Source of the DNA: a virus
Strand: one strand, 5' to 3'
DNA: 64,000 nt
IMG/VR virus record: IMGVR_UViG_3300024520_000049
Span: 14,596-78,595 of that record
Made by a program: the position numbers and the translations under genes. Shown piece after piece: positions 1-7,897 of the stretch (positions are counted from its first letter, which is position 1; every line of letters begins with the position of its first letter). The notes under the pieces were generated by a model. The model was given only the letters and a program-made list of their open reading frames with translations, was not told the DNA's origin and did not search any database.

Positions 1-1227
1 GTCGATCTGGCCGAACCCATCGTCAACCCTGTAATGGAGGAGCCCGTGCGCCGGCTGCTGGGTCTGAAGGCCCGCGAGTTGTCTGACGTGATCGCCGGCC
101 GCCATGAAGTCGGCGGCAGCACAGGAGGCAAGGGTCTGCGCGCCGCGCTCGCCGCACTGGACGTGGACAAGGAGATTGAGAAGTACCGCCTCCAGATTAA
201 CGCTTCGCGCGGAGCAAAGCGGGACAACGCGGTGAAGGCGCTTCGGTACCTGGTAGCGGCCAAGAAGCAGGACATCCATCCAGAGGATTGGATCATTGAC
301 AAAGTTCCAGTTATACCGCCTATCTTCCGTCCGATCTCACAGATAGGCGACGTTCTGCGCGCTTCGGATATGAATGAGCTTTACCGCGATTTGATTGAGA
401 CCAACAACGGGATCAAGACACTGCGTAAGGATCTACCCGGGTCGGCACTCGCTGATGAGCGGCTGCAGTTGTACAAAGCAGTCACCGCCGCCGTAGGTCT
501 TGGTGAGCCGATCACCCCCGAGGGCGTGTCTAAACGATGGAAAGGTGCGATCCGCCAAGTGATCGGCACAAGCCCAAAGACTGGGCTGTTTCAGTCCAAG
601 GTGTTGTCGAAGACCGTGGATGTTGTCGGCCGTGGTGTTGTCGCACCAGATCCGTCGCTGGACATGGATTCTGTGGGTATTCCCGAAGATAAGGCCTGGG
701 TCCTGTATCGGCCGTTCGTTACCAGGAAGCTTGTGCGCCGCGGCTTCCCGCCGCATCGCGCGGCGGAGATGGTGGAGAATCGTACCAAGGAAGCTGAGGA
801 TATGCTGCTCCAGGAGATGAAGGATCGGCCAGTGCTGCTGGACCGTGCCCCGACCTGGCACAAGTTCAACCTTCTGGCGTTTACTCCGCATATTGTGAAG
901 GAGGACGTCATTCGCGTGTCTCCGCTGATTGTTGGCGGGTTCAATATGGACTTCGACGGGGACACTGCGAATTTCCACGTCCCTGTGTCAGACAAAGCGG
1001 TGAAGCAGGCGAAAGAGCGCATGATGCCCAGCCGCAACCTGTTCCGCACGACAGACCTGCAAAGCCCGCAGCATACTCCTGGCAAGGAGATGGTGATGGG
1101 GCTGTATCAGCTTACCCGCAAGCCCACAGGGAAACCGCCTGTGGTGTTCAAGAACAAGCGCGAGGCCAAAGAGGCCTACCGCAAAGGTATGATCGGACCC
1201 AATGATCCGATCATAATACAGGGATAA
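1..1227 (+). CDS. rpoC: DNA-directed RNA polymerase beta' subunit, N-terminal half (5'-truncated by window edge)
   Basis: Frame is open from position 1 (VDLAEPIVNP, like RpoC HIELAxPxxH). Contains PEDWIIDKVPVIPPIFRP, SDMNELYRDLI, SKTVDVVGRGVV, DRAPTWHKFNLLAF and catalytic FNMDFDGD, all matching conserved RpoC regions. Confidence 0.95.
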   Translation, partial: VDLAEPIVNPVMEEPVRRLLGLKARELSDVIAGRHEVGGSTGGKGLRAALAALDVDKEIEKYRLQINASRGAKRDNAVKALRYLVAAKKQDIHPEDWIIDKVPVIPPIFRPISQIGDVLRASDMNELYRDLIETNNGIKTLRKDLPGSALADERLQLYKAVTAAVGLGEPITPEGVSKRWKGAIRQVIGTSPKTGLFQSKVLSKTVDVVGRGVVAPDPSLDMDSVGIPEDKAWVLYRPFVTRKLVRRGFPPHRAAEMVENRTKEAEDMLLQEMKDRPVLLDRAPTWHKFNLLAFTPHIVKEDVIRVSPLIVGGFNMDFDGDTANFHVPVSDKAVKQAKERMMPSRNLFRTTDLQSPQHTPGKEMVMGLYQLTRKPTGKPPVVFKNKREAKEAYRKGMIGPNDPIIIQG

Positions 1228-1230
1228 CAT

Positions 1231-1818
1231 ATGAAAGATAATCCACATTTTCCCACGGGCCTGACCGTGATGGCTGGTAAGTATATGAAGTACGCCGGAA
1301 AGTATGTGCGCGGCCGTTGGCAAGACGACAACGCGCTGGCTGATCTCTCCAGCACACCTGAGAAGCAGATAGGGTGGGGCTTTAAGTTCGACATTATCTT
1401 CGGCTACACCATCCGCCCCATCCCCAAGATCTGGAAGAAGGGGTTCTGGACACATAAGCCTAGTATTAAAGATATCGACGACGCTGACTTCGAGAAGGTA
1501 TTCCCCAAGAATGCCAATAACATCCGCAAGGTGCTGGCACTTCGGGACGGCTACTCTGGTAAGTATGACGTGTACAACCCCTGGTACGGAGATTACTGGT
1601 TCATCCTGCGCCTGCCCCGCTGGGTGCCGACGGTGTTCTTCTCCATTAACACCCCGTGGAGAAGTGCTTACATCGGCAACAAGGCTTACCGTATCGATCC
1701 TTTTGAGAATGATATGTCGTGGACAAACAAAGTAGACGAAGACCGTGCCGACGACGTGGCGCCCACTCACCGGTATTACGCGCTGTGCCCGTCGGTCTCA
1801 ACAAGGAGTCATCGATAG
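1231..1818 (+). CDS. Hypothetical protein (aromatic-rich)
   Basis: 195-aa ORF packed between neighbours on the coding strand; no recognised motif. Confidence 0.6.
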   Translation: MKDNPHFPTGLTVMAGKYMKYAGKYVRGRWQDDNALADLSSTPEKQIGWGFKFDIIFGYTIRPIPKIWKKGFWTHKPSIKDIDDADFEKVFPKNANNIRKVLALRDGYSGKYDVYNPWYGDYWFILRLPRWVPTVFFSINTPWRSAYIGNKAYRIDPFENDMSWTNKVDEDRADDVAPTHRYYALCPSVSTRSHR

Positions 1819-2490
1819 GTGATAAAAGTGGCCGACCCGAAAGAGAAGCTCTACATCGCTGGACCTGTTACGGGGATAGCGAATAGGAACGAAGCGATGT
1901 TCACCCGCGCGGAGCAGATGCTCCAGCGAGAGGGGCATGAGACAGTCAACCCGTTGACAGTAATGCCAGACGATGAGGACTTGCCCTGGGTTGACGCGAT
2001 GCTCAAAGACATCCCGCCAATGATTCAATGTGACGGCATGGCCATACTTCCGGGGCCGTGGTATAACTCTTCGGGCGTGAAGCTGGAGCTTCACATAATG
2101 ATAGCACTGAAGAAGTCCATCTACCACTTCCAGGAGATCGACGGCGAGCTTCAGCTGTTCCCAGGCCCGCCGAGCGATTACGGGTCCGCAATAGCCGAAG
2201 CGCAATCACTGGTTTATGGCAACCGCGGCGCTGCCTATGGCCATCCGTATGAAGACTATACGAAGACTGCTGCGTTCATGTCAGTGATCCTTGGGATGGA
2301 GGTAACGCCTGAGAAAGCCATACTGTGTATGATTGCAGTTAAGCTCTCCCGGGAGATTCATCAGTCTAAGCGAGATAACAGAGTTGACATGATTGGGTAT
2401 GCAGAATGCCTGCAAAGGTGCTATAATCTAAATGAAGACGAAAAGCAACGAATAACCGAAGGTGTCTATGGCGGAGCAGATAAAGCTTAG
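1819..2490 (+). CDS. DUF4406 (nucleoside 2-deoxyribosyltransferase-like) fused to DUF6378-like (putative nucleotide pyrophosphohydrolase) domain
   Basis: N-term KLYIAGPVTG...NP...CDGMAILPGPWYNSSGVKLE is the DUF4406 pattern; C-term NRGAAYGHP...MIAVKLSRE...DNRVDMIGYA is the DUF6378 pattern. Confidence 0.75.
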   Translation: MIKVADPKEKLYIAGPVTGIANRNEAMFTRAEQMLQREGHETVNPLTVMPDDEDLPWVDAMLKDIPPMIQCDGMAILPGPWYNSSGVKLELHIMIALKKSIYHFQEIDGELQLFPGPPSDYGSAIAEAQSLVYGNRGAAYGHPYEDYTKTAAFMSVILGMEVTPEKAILCMIAVKLSREIHQSKRDNRVDMIGYAECLQRCYNLNEDEKQRITEGVYGGADKA

Positions 2491-2809
2491 CGAGTACTGG
2501 CTGCGGCGATGGTCGAGGCTTGTACGGATGCGGGATGGATACGTTTGTTATGTTTGTAGCGAAAATTGCAAAGATACTAGTCAGGCTCATCACGTGTATC
2601 CGAAGGCTGTTTATCCGGAGAACGCCTACTGTCTCGACAACGGAGTCTGCGTCTGTGCCGACTGCCACCAGCCCATTGTCCACAGTACCAGAGAGTCCTG
2701 GAGAAAGTTCACAGGGTTCTTCAAGCGCTACGCCCGTTACGCCCGAAACCGCAAGTTCAACGCAGCCAACCAGCTACGAGTCTGCAGAGAAAACAAACAC
2801 CACGAATAA
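2468..2809 (+). CDS. HNH endonuclease (Zn-binding, NinG-like)
   Basis: RDGYVCYVC...QAHHVYPK...LDNGVCVCADCH: CxxC, HH, N, CxxCH pattern. Confidence 0.85.
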   Translation: MAEQIKLSEYWLRRWSRLVRMRDGYVCYVCSENCKDTSQAHHVYPKAVYPENAYCLDNGVCVCADCHQPIVHSTRESWRKFTGFFKRYARYARNRKFNAANQLRVCRENKHHE

Positions 2810-2822
2810 GGAGGATCACCCC

Positions 2823-3149
2823 ATGGTTTTAGAAATGAACTGCTATCAAGACAGAGGCGGCAAGCACCGGTTCCGCGTATATGCTGCGAATCACAAAGTG
2901 CTGGCCCGAAGCCCCCGTGCGTTCAAAACAGACGCAGAGCTCAAAACGCGTGTCGACCTCATCCTCAAGCAAGACTACGACGCGCAACTGTACAAGGACC
3001 GTCGCGGTGAGTGGCGCTGGCGATTTGAAGCTGCCGTGGGCGGGAAGAAGGAAATCATTGTAATCTCGTCTGAAGGCTACAAGAATCACGGGGACTGCAA
3101 AACAGCCTCTGATCTTGTGCTCGACGCGGATAGGGCTGAGCACGGATGA
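2823..3149 (+). CDS. YegP/DUF1508 family protein (two repeats)
   Basis: YQDRGGKHRFRVYAANHKVLARS and YKDRRGEWRWRF...ISSEGYKNHGDC. Start set at ATG 2823 after AAGGAGG, not the track's 2520. Confidence 0.85.
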   Translation: MVLEMNCYQDRGGKHRFRVYAANHKVLARSPRAFKTDAELKTRVDLILKQDYDAQLYKDRRGEWRWRFEAAVGGKKEIIVISSEGYKNHGDCKTASDLVLDADRAEHG

Positions 3150-3676
3150 GCGAAGAAGCAGATAATGAAGTCGTAGCGCCTACGCCGAAAAAGCGCTGGG
3201 CCGGCTACATAGAGAAGGCGTCCCTGGCCGTGCTGGGGTTTGTCGCGATGTTTCTGTTCAACAGCATCATCTCGCTGCAGAACCAGGTAGCTGCGCTGGA
3301 AGAGAAGCGCAGCGGGGACCGGGCGCAGTGGGAGATGATCCGCCAGCACACACTCACAATGGCAGAGATGCAGGCGCTACAGATGGTGCACGAGAAGATC
3401 ATCCAGGATTACACGAGCCAGCTGATTAACCGTAAGATTGTGGTTGAGATCAGTCAGGAGACAAATGAACCTAAGGATGACTTGGCAGGGGACGGTTCGC
3501 TGGCCCCTCGGTTCCAGTTCCCCATGCTCAAAGAGCCCTCCGAGACTGAGAAGGCGATCGAGGAGCTGCGCAAGCTGCATGCTGAGAATACTGAGCCTGT
3601 AGAGCGGTTTCAGCAGCGTATGATTCAAAGATATGAGGTGCCGAACCAGCGCGCCACGGTTAAGCGGAAGAAATAG
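3146..3676 (+). CDS. Hypothetical single-pass membrane protein with coiled coil
   Basis: Hydrophobic ASLAVLGFVAMFLFNSIISL followed by heptad-like segment; ATGA overlap with upstream gene. Confidence 0.6.
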   Translation: MSEEADNEVVAPTPKKRWAGYIEKASLAVLGFVAMFLFNSIISLQNQVAALEEKRSGDRAQWEMIRQHTLTMAEMQALQMVHEKIIQDYTSQLINRKIVVEISQETNEPKDDLAGDGSLAPRFQFPMLKEPSETEKAIEELRKLHAENTEPVERFQQRMIQRYEVPNQRATVKRKK

Positions 3677-3678
3677 TT

Positions 3679-4266
3679 ATGGGGAATAAGCCAGGTACAC
3701 TCGTGCTGGCAAAGAATGCCGTCTCAGCTGCTGCCAAAGTAATTTTGCGCATCGCGTCAGGGCAGTCATACAAGGTCGGCGGCGAGGAGTTGGCTGAAAG
3801 ACTCCGTCTGTGCTACGCCTGCAAGGAGCACTTTAACCTGGAGACACGCGAGTGCTTTGACTGCGGCTGCCCGGTGCACTCAAAGACAATCCTCGCTACG
3901 GAATCATGTGGTATCGGTAAGTGGCAAGCCTTGGCGGCGGCCCCAAGCGCGGCTACAGGTGCAGTGATTACTGGGGCGGATCTTCTTGAATATGAGCTGG
4001 AGATCAGAGAGCTCTTACCTGGGACCAGTAATCTCGCCCAGGCGTTCAACAGATTTCGGCATACGCAGGAGGAAGCGGGGTGCACCAGCTGCCGGGAACG
4101 GCTGTATCATAAGGATTTTGAGAAACAGCTTAGCCGCGATATTGCGCTTATGTCTGTGGCGGATATCGAAGAGCTTCGCAAGATATTGCCGAATAAAGAG
4201 TACATCAGTCTGTCTTATCCGTATCGCTGGGACGAGATTCTTGAAAAGGCCGCAGCGAGAGCGTAA
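3679..4266 (+). CDS. Cys-rich putative zinc-finger protein
   Basis: RLRLCYACKEH...CFDCGC...CGIGKW plus a second CTSC. Confidence 0.6.
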   Translation: MGNKPGTLVLAKNAVSAAAKVILRIASGQSYKVGGEELAERLRLCYACKEHFNLETRECFDCGCPVHSKTILATESCGIGKWQALAAAPSAATGAVITGADLLEYELEIRELLPGTSNLAQAFNRFRHTQEEAGCTSCRERLYHKDFEKQLSRDIALMSVADIEELRKILPNKEYISLSYPYRWDEILEKAAARA

Positions 4267-4294
4267 AGTATCAGAACACTAGGGAGTACACTAA

Positions 4295-4855
4295 ATGGAA
4301 ACTTTGAATTACAATTTACTACGACAAGTTCAGGAAGGTTTAAGGGAGAAAAAGGCGTTTGTCCCAATGCCTGGCGGCCAGGCTGAGCCTGTCGCCGGCG
4401 CCTCCCCAATGACAGCAGGAATGGGCGCCCCAATGGGTCCCGGTGGCGGAATGCCCCCAGGCGGCGATCCGGCAGCTGGCGGCGGCGCACCGCCGATGGA
4501 CCCTGCAGCTATGATGGGCGCGATGCCCCCGGGTATGGACCCTTCTATGATGGGTGTAGACCCCGCGACAGGGATGCCAATAGGCGCACCACCCGCCGGT
4601 GCTGAGGGTGAAGAAGCCGGCGCTGCGCCGGCCGAAGCCCCGGAACCTCCCTTCACTCTTGACGATATTCGAAGTGTGATGAAAGACGAAATTGCTCAAG
4701 CGCTGAAGGGGTTTTCCCCTTCGTCAGCAGAGCGTGGTGACGGTGAGTCTAGCAGCAAGCCTTCTTCCAGTAGTGAAGGCGGCGGCGAAGGTGGAGATCT
4801 GTCCTCCGAAGTCCGCGAGCTGACGGCTACTTTGAGGCAAGCATTAGGGATGTAA
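4295..4855 (+). CDS. Pro/Gly/Met-rich low-complexity protein, possibly head-associated
   Basis: GGGAG RBS; EKKAFVP followed by a long PPMDPAAMMG/GMPIG tract. Confidence 0.6.
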   Translation: METLNYNLLRQVQEGLREKKAFVPMPGGQAEPVAGASPMTAGMGAPMGPGGGMPPGGDPAAGGGAPPMDPAAMMGAMPPGMDPSMMGVDPATGMPIGAPPAGAEGEEAGAAPAEAPEPPFTLDDIRSVMKDEIAQALKGFSPSSAERGDGESSSKPSSSSEGGGEGGDLSSEVRELTATLRQALGM

Positions 4856-4859
4856 ACGA

Positions 4860-5117
4860 ATGGCGACTCGAGTTGTAGTGCGGAGCGCGAATCTGTTCCA
4901 ACCACCCATACTTGATACTGACGAAGCCCGAATCATGGAGTTCTACGATTGTAACGGCGATCTCGTAGCGCTGATGGGTAAGATCTTCAGCGATGACTTC
5001 TGGGCATTTAGCACAAAAAATGATAACGATTGGAACGAAGCCCTGCTACGTGCGGGGTATTTGGGTAAGACTCGTTATGAGTCTCGTCCGGTGGAGATCA
5101 CCGGAGCACACAGCTAA
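4860..5117 (+). CDS. Hypothetical protein
   Basis: 85-aa ORF filling the operon gap. Confidence 0.55.
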   Translation: MATRVVVRSANLFQPPILDTDEARIMEFYDCNGDLVALMGKIFSDDFWAFSTKNDNDWNEALLRAGYLGKTRYESRPVEITGAHS

Positions 5118-5126
5118 GGATTGAAT

Positions 5127-5585
5127 ATGGCCAATATTGACGCAAACACTGTAATAATCATCGTAGCCGCTATCGGGCTTATAATTTACAAAATCATCAA
5201 CTACCAGATCGAGAAAGGGAAGACAGACCCCATCTTGCAGGCGTTTAAGGATGTCGGAGAGACGCTGGCGAAGGAGATGAAAGACAGCCGCACGATGATG
5301 GAGAAAGCCGCGTCCGCGCGCCGTAAGGCGGATGAGGTGGCACATAAAGAACTGGTAGAGCTGCTGCACCAGAACCTGAATGTGTCAAAAAAGACCCTGG
5401 ACATGCATGAAAAGTTCGACGAGAACGGGCTTCCTTTATGGTATACTCCCAGGGATTGGCAGAAGACGCAGGAGACGATCCTTCAGGTCTGCTCCACGAT
5501 ATCTGATACGCAGCGAGATATCGCGCATATACTGGAAACGATGACGAAGACACTCGATAAGCTCGAGGGTACGACTAAGGAGTAG
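5127..5585 (+). CDS. Hypothetical N-terminally anchored membrane protein
   Basis: VIIIVAAIGLIIYKII transmembrane segment then helical region; ATG 5127 follows AAGGA. Confidence 0.6.
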   Translation: MANIDANTVIIIVAAIGLIIYKIINYQIEKGKTDPILQAFKDVGETLAKEMKDSRTMMEKAASARRKADEVAHKELVELLHQNLNVSKKTLDMHEKFDENGLPLWYTPRDWQKTQETILQVCSTISDTQRDIAHILETMTKTLDKLEGTTKE

Positions 5586-5587
5586 CA

Positions 5588-7897
5588 GTGCCACTTCAAA
5601 CTACAATGGGCCAATTACTGGTAAACGAAGCGCTGCCGCCGCAGTACCAGGATCATAACCGCCAACTTATCGGGGGCGCGCTTGATGACCTTCTCGGCCA
5701 GATTGGGCGCGAGAACCCAGAGCTCTACCGCGACATCTCCCACAAACTCATGGAGCTGGGGCGGCACACCGCCTACGAGCAAGGCACCACCATCAGCCTC
5801 TCTGACCTGCAAGCTCCGTCTGAACTTCGCAAGGAAGTCTTCGCACATGTGGATAAGCAGGAAGCAGTTATAGACAAGTCAAACCTCTCCCCGGCCGAAA
5901 AGGCCCAAGCCCGTGCGGAGGTTTATGGTCAAGCGCAGAAGCTACTCACCGATGAGACATATGCACATGCGCAGAAATCTGGCAATCCCCTGGCGCTTCA
6001 GGTACTCTCCAAAGCGCGTGGTAACCCGACGCAGCTTGCGGCCATGCTCTCTACCCCTGGCACGTTCCAGGACACCAAAGGGAACACGATCCCCATCTTT
6101 GTCCGCCGGAGCTATGCTGAAGGGCTGACGCCAGCCGAGTATTATGCCGCAACCTTCGGTGCGCGGCGTGGAGTTGTCAGCACAAAATTCTGCCTCGCAG
6201 AGGGTTCCGAAGTTTTGATGGCGGATTATTCGGTAAAATGTATCGAGGATGTGAATGCTGGTGATACGGTTTTTACGGTCGACGACAACATGAAAATGGT
6301 GCCCACAAAAGTGGTAGAGACGTTCAACAATGGGCTGCGGGAGTGTTGGGATTTTAAGTTCAGACAGGGACGATCACGCAGCGAGTTTGTGTCTATTAGG
6401 GCAACAGAAGACCATAAAGCGGTTATGTCCAGGAAAAAGGGTAAGAACCGTGTTAGCGAGAAAGAACCCCTTAGCAAGGCCCACCGTGGCCGCCGGGCGA
6501 TACACCTGGCCGCCGGGGAGCACTCGACCACTGGCAATAGGTTCCACTCCAAAACGTACCTGGGAGCCGTGCATACTTACGATCTGGAAGTGGCACACGA
6601 AAGTCATAACTTCGTTTTAGCGAACATGGCAGTAGTGTCAAATTCTACACGCGACGCTGGTGATTTCGGCAAGCAGCTCAATGTTGCCGCAGCAGACCTG
6701 ATTGTCACCGAGGCCGACTGCGGGACTGTTAACGGTATTCCTGTCGGGATCGATGATAACGACACAGTGGGCGCTATCCTGGCACGCGGGTCTGGCGGGT
6801 TTAAGCTGGGAGCCCCTGTAGGCCCCAAGATGCTGAAGTCATTGAAGCAGAACAAGGTGGACAAGATTTTAGTCCGCTCACCAATCACCTGCCAAGCCCA
6901 AGGCGGTGTGTGTAAGCACTGTGTCGGCTTGCGGGAGAACGGTAAGTTCCCCGAACTCAGGTCCGCTGTGGGGATCCAAGCATCCTCGGCCCTGGCTGAG
7001 CGCATTGCCCAAGGGAGCTTGAATGTAAAACACTCTGGCGGCCAATCCGCCAAGGGTGAAGCCACCTACGCGGGTTTCAACATCATCAATCAAATCGGCC
7101 AGATACCCTCAGCTTTCCGACACAAAGCAATCTTATCGGAGCAGGACGGTTTGGTCACCAAGATTGAGCCTGCGCCACAGGGCGGCACCAACGTGTACAT
7201 CGGCGAGGAGCTGCACTACGTGGAGCCGGAGCAGGCAGTGACTGTTAAGGAGGGGGACGACCTCGAAGCTGGTGATCAGCTGGCCACGGGTATTGTCAAC
7301 CCGGCAGAAGTCGTGCGCCATAAAGGTATTGGCGAAGGTCGACGATATTTCGCGGAACGGTTGACCCAGGCGTTCAAGGACAGTAAGTTAAAGGCCAACA
7401 GGCGTAACACTGAATTGATAGCACGAGCGGTGATAGACCATGTGGATGTCGAAGAACCTTCCGGTCTGGGTAATTTTTTGCCAGGTGATGTGGCCTCGTA
7501 CAATAATCTGGCATACAGCTATAAGCCCCGAGCCGACGCAGGTGCGTTTCGGCCGACTAAGGCCGTGGGTCAGTATTTGGAGCAGCCCGCACTGCACTAC
7601 ACCATTGGGACTCGAGTAACAAAGAAGATTGCTAAAGAGCTTGAAGGATTTGGAGTAAATACGGTTACCGCACACAGCCAGCAGCCTGGGTTCACCCCTC
7701 GGATGATACGCCTGCGCGCGGTACCTCATTACGGGAAGGATTGGATGGCCAAGTTGCACGGCAGCTATTTACAGACTAACTTGCTTAAGGACGTGCAAGA
7801 GGGTTCCCAATCTAATATTCATGGAACACACCCGGTACCTGGGATCGCGTACGGCGCGGAATTCGGCGAGAGCAAGAAAAATAAGGTAACATTCTGA
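5588..7897 (+). CDS. rpoC: DNA-directed RNA polymerase beta' subunit, C-terminal half, intein-containing
   Basis: TTMGQLLVNEALP (RpoC TTxGxxxxN), SYAEGLTPAEYYAATFGARRGV (bridge helix), DLIVTEADCGT, RSPITC...GVCKHCVG (beta' Zn site II), ALAERIAQGSLNVKHSGG (trigger loop); AAGGAG RBS and GTG start. Confidence 0.93.
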   Translation: MPLQTTMGQLLVNEALPPQYQDHNRQLIGGALDDLLGQIGRENPELYRDISHKLMELGRHTAYEQGTTISLSDLQAPSELRKEVFAHVDKQEAVIDKSNLSPAEKAQARAEVYGQAQKLLTDETYAHAQKSGNPLALQVLSKARGNPTQLAAMLSTPGTFQDTKGNTIPIFVRRSYAEGLTPAEYYAATFGARRGVVSTKFCLAEGSEVLMADYSVKCIEDVNAGDTVFTVDDNMKMVPTKVVETFNNGLRECWDFKFRQGRSRSEFVSIRATEDHKAVMSRKKGKNRVSEKEPLSKAHRGRRAIHLAAGEHSTTGNRFHSKTYLGAVHTYDLEVAHESHNFVLANMAVVSNSTRDAGDFGKQLNVAAADLIVTEADCGTVNGIPVGIDDNDTVGAILARGSGGFKLGAPVGPKMLKSLKQNKVDKILVRSPITCQAQGGVCKHCVGLRENGKFPELRSAVGIQASSALAERIAQGSLNVKHSGGQSAKGEATYAGFNIINQIGQIPSAFRHKAILSEQDGLVTKIEPAPQGGTNVYIGEELHYVEPEQAVTVKEGDDLEAGDQLATGIVNPAEVVRHKGIGEGRRYFAERLTQAFKDSKLKANRRNTELIARAVIDHVDVEEPSGLGNFLPGDVASYNNLAYSYKPRADAGAFRPTKAVGQYLEQPALHYTIGTRVTKKIAKELEGFGVNTVTAHSQQPGFTPRMIRLRAVPHYGKDWMAKLHGSYLQTNLLKDVQEGSQSNIHGTHPVPGIAYGAEFGESKKNKVTF
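6191..6643 (+). mobile_element. Mini-intein (151 aa, no homing endonuclease) in RNAP beta' bridge helix
   Basis: Begins CLAEGSEVLMADYS..IEDV..GD (block A), has ATEDH (block B TxxH) and YDLEV..HNFVLAN (block F), and ends VVSN before +1 Ser. Removal restores a continuous bridge helix STKF|STRDAGDFGKQL. Confidence 0.93.

Noticed and set aside
2520-2822. ORF-track N-terminal extensions (2520, 11051, 18488, 45812, 55884)
   Set aside because: They overlap upstream genes or a terminator; downstream ATGs with better RBS or context were used instead.
3146-5585. Calling the membrane proteins at 3146 and 5127 holins or spanins
   Set aside because: Each has only a single TM helix, with no lipobox and no adjacent endolysin recognised.
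1228-5587. The gap between the beta' halves as a group I/II intron
   Set aside because: It contains nine ordinary ORFs with their own RBSs. The N-half has a stop codon and the C-half has its own RBS and start. No intron core or split-intein ends were seen.
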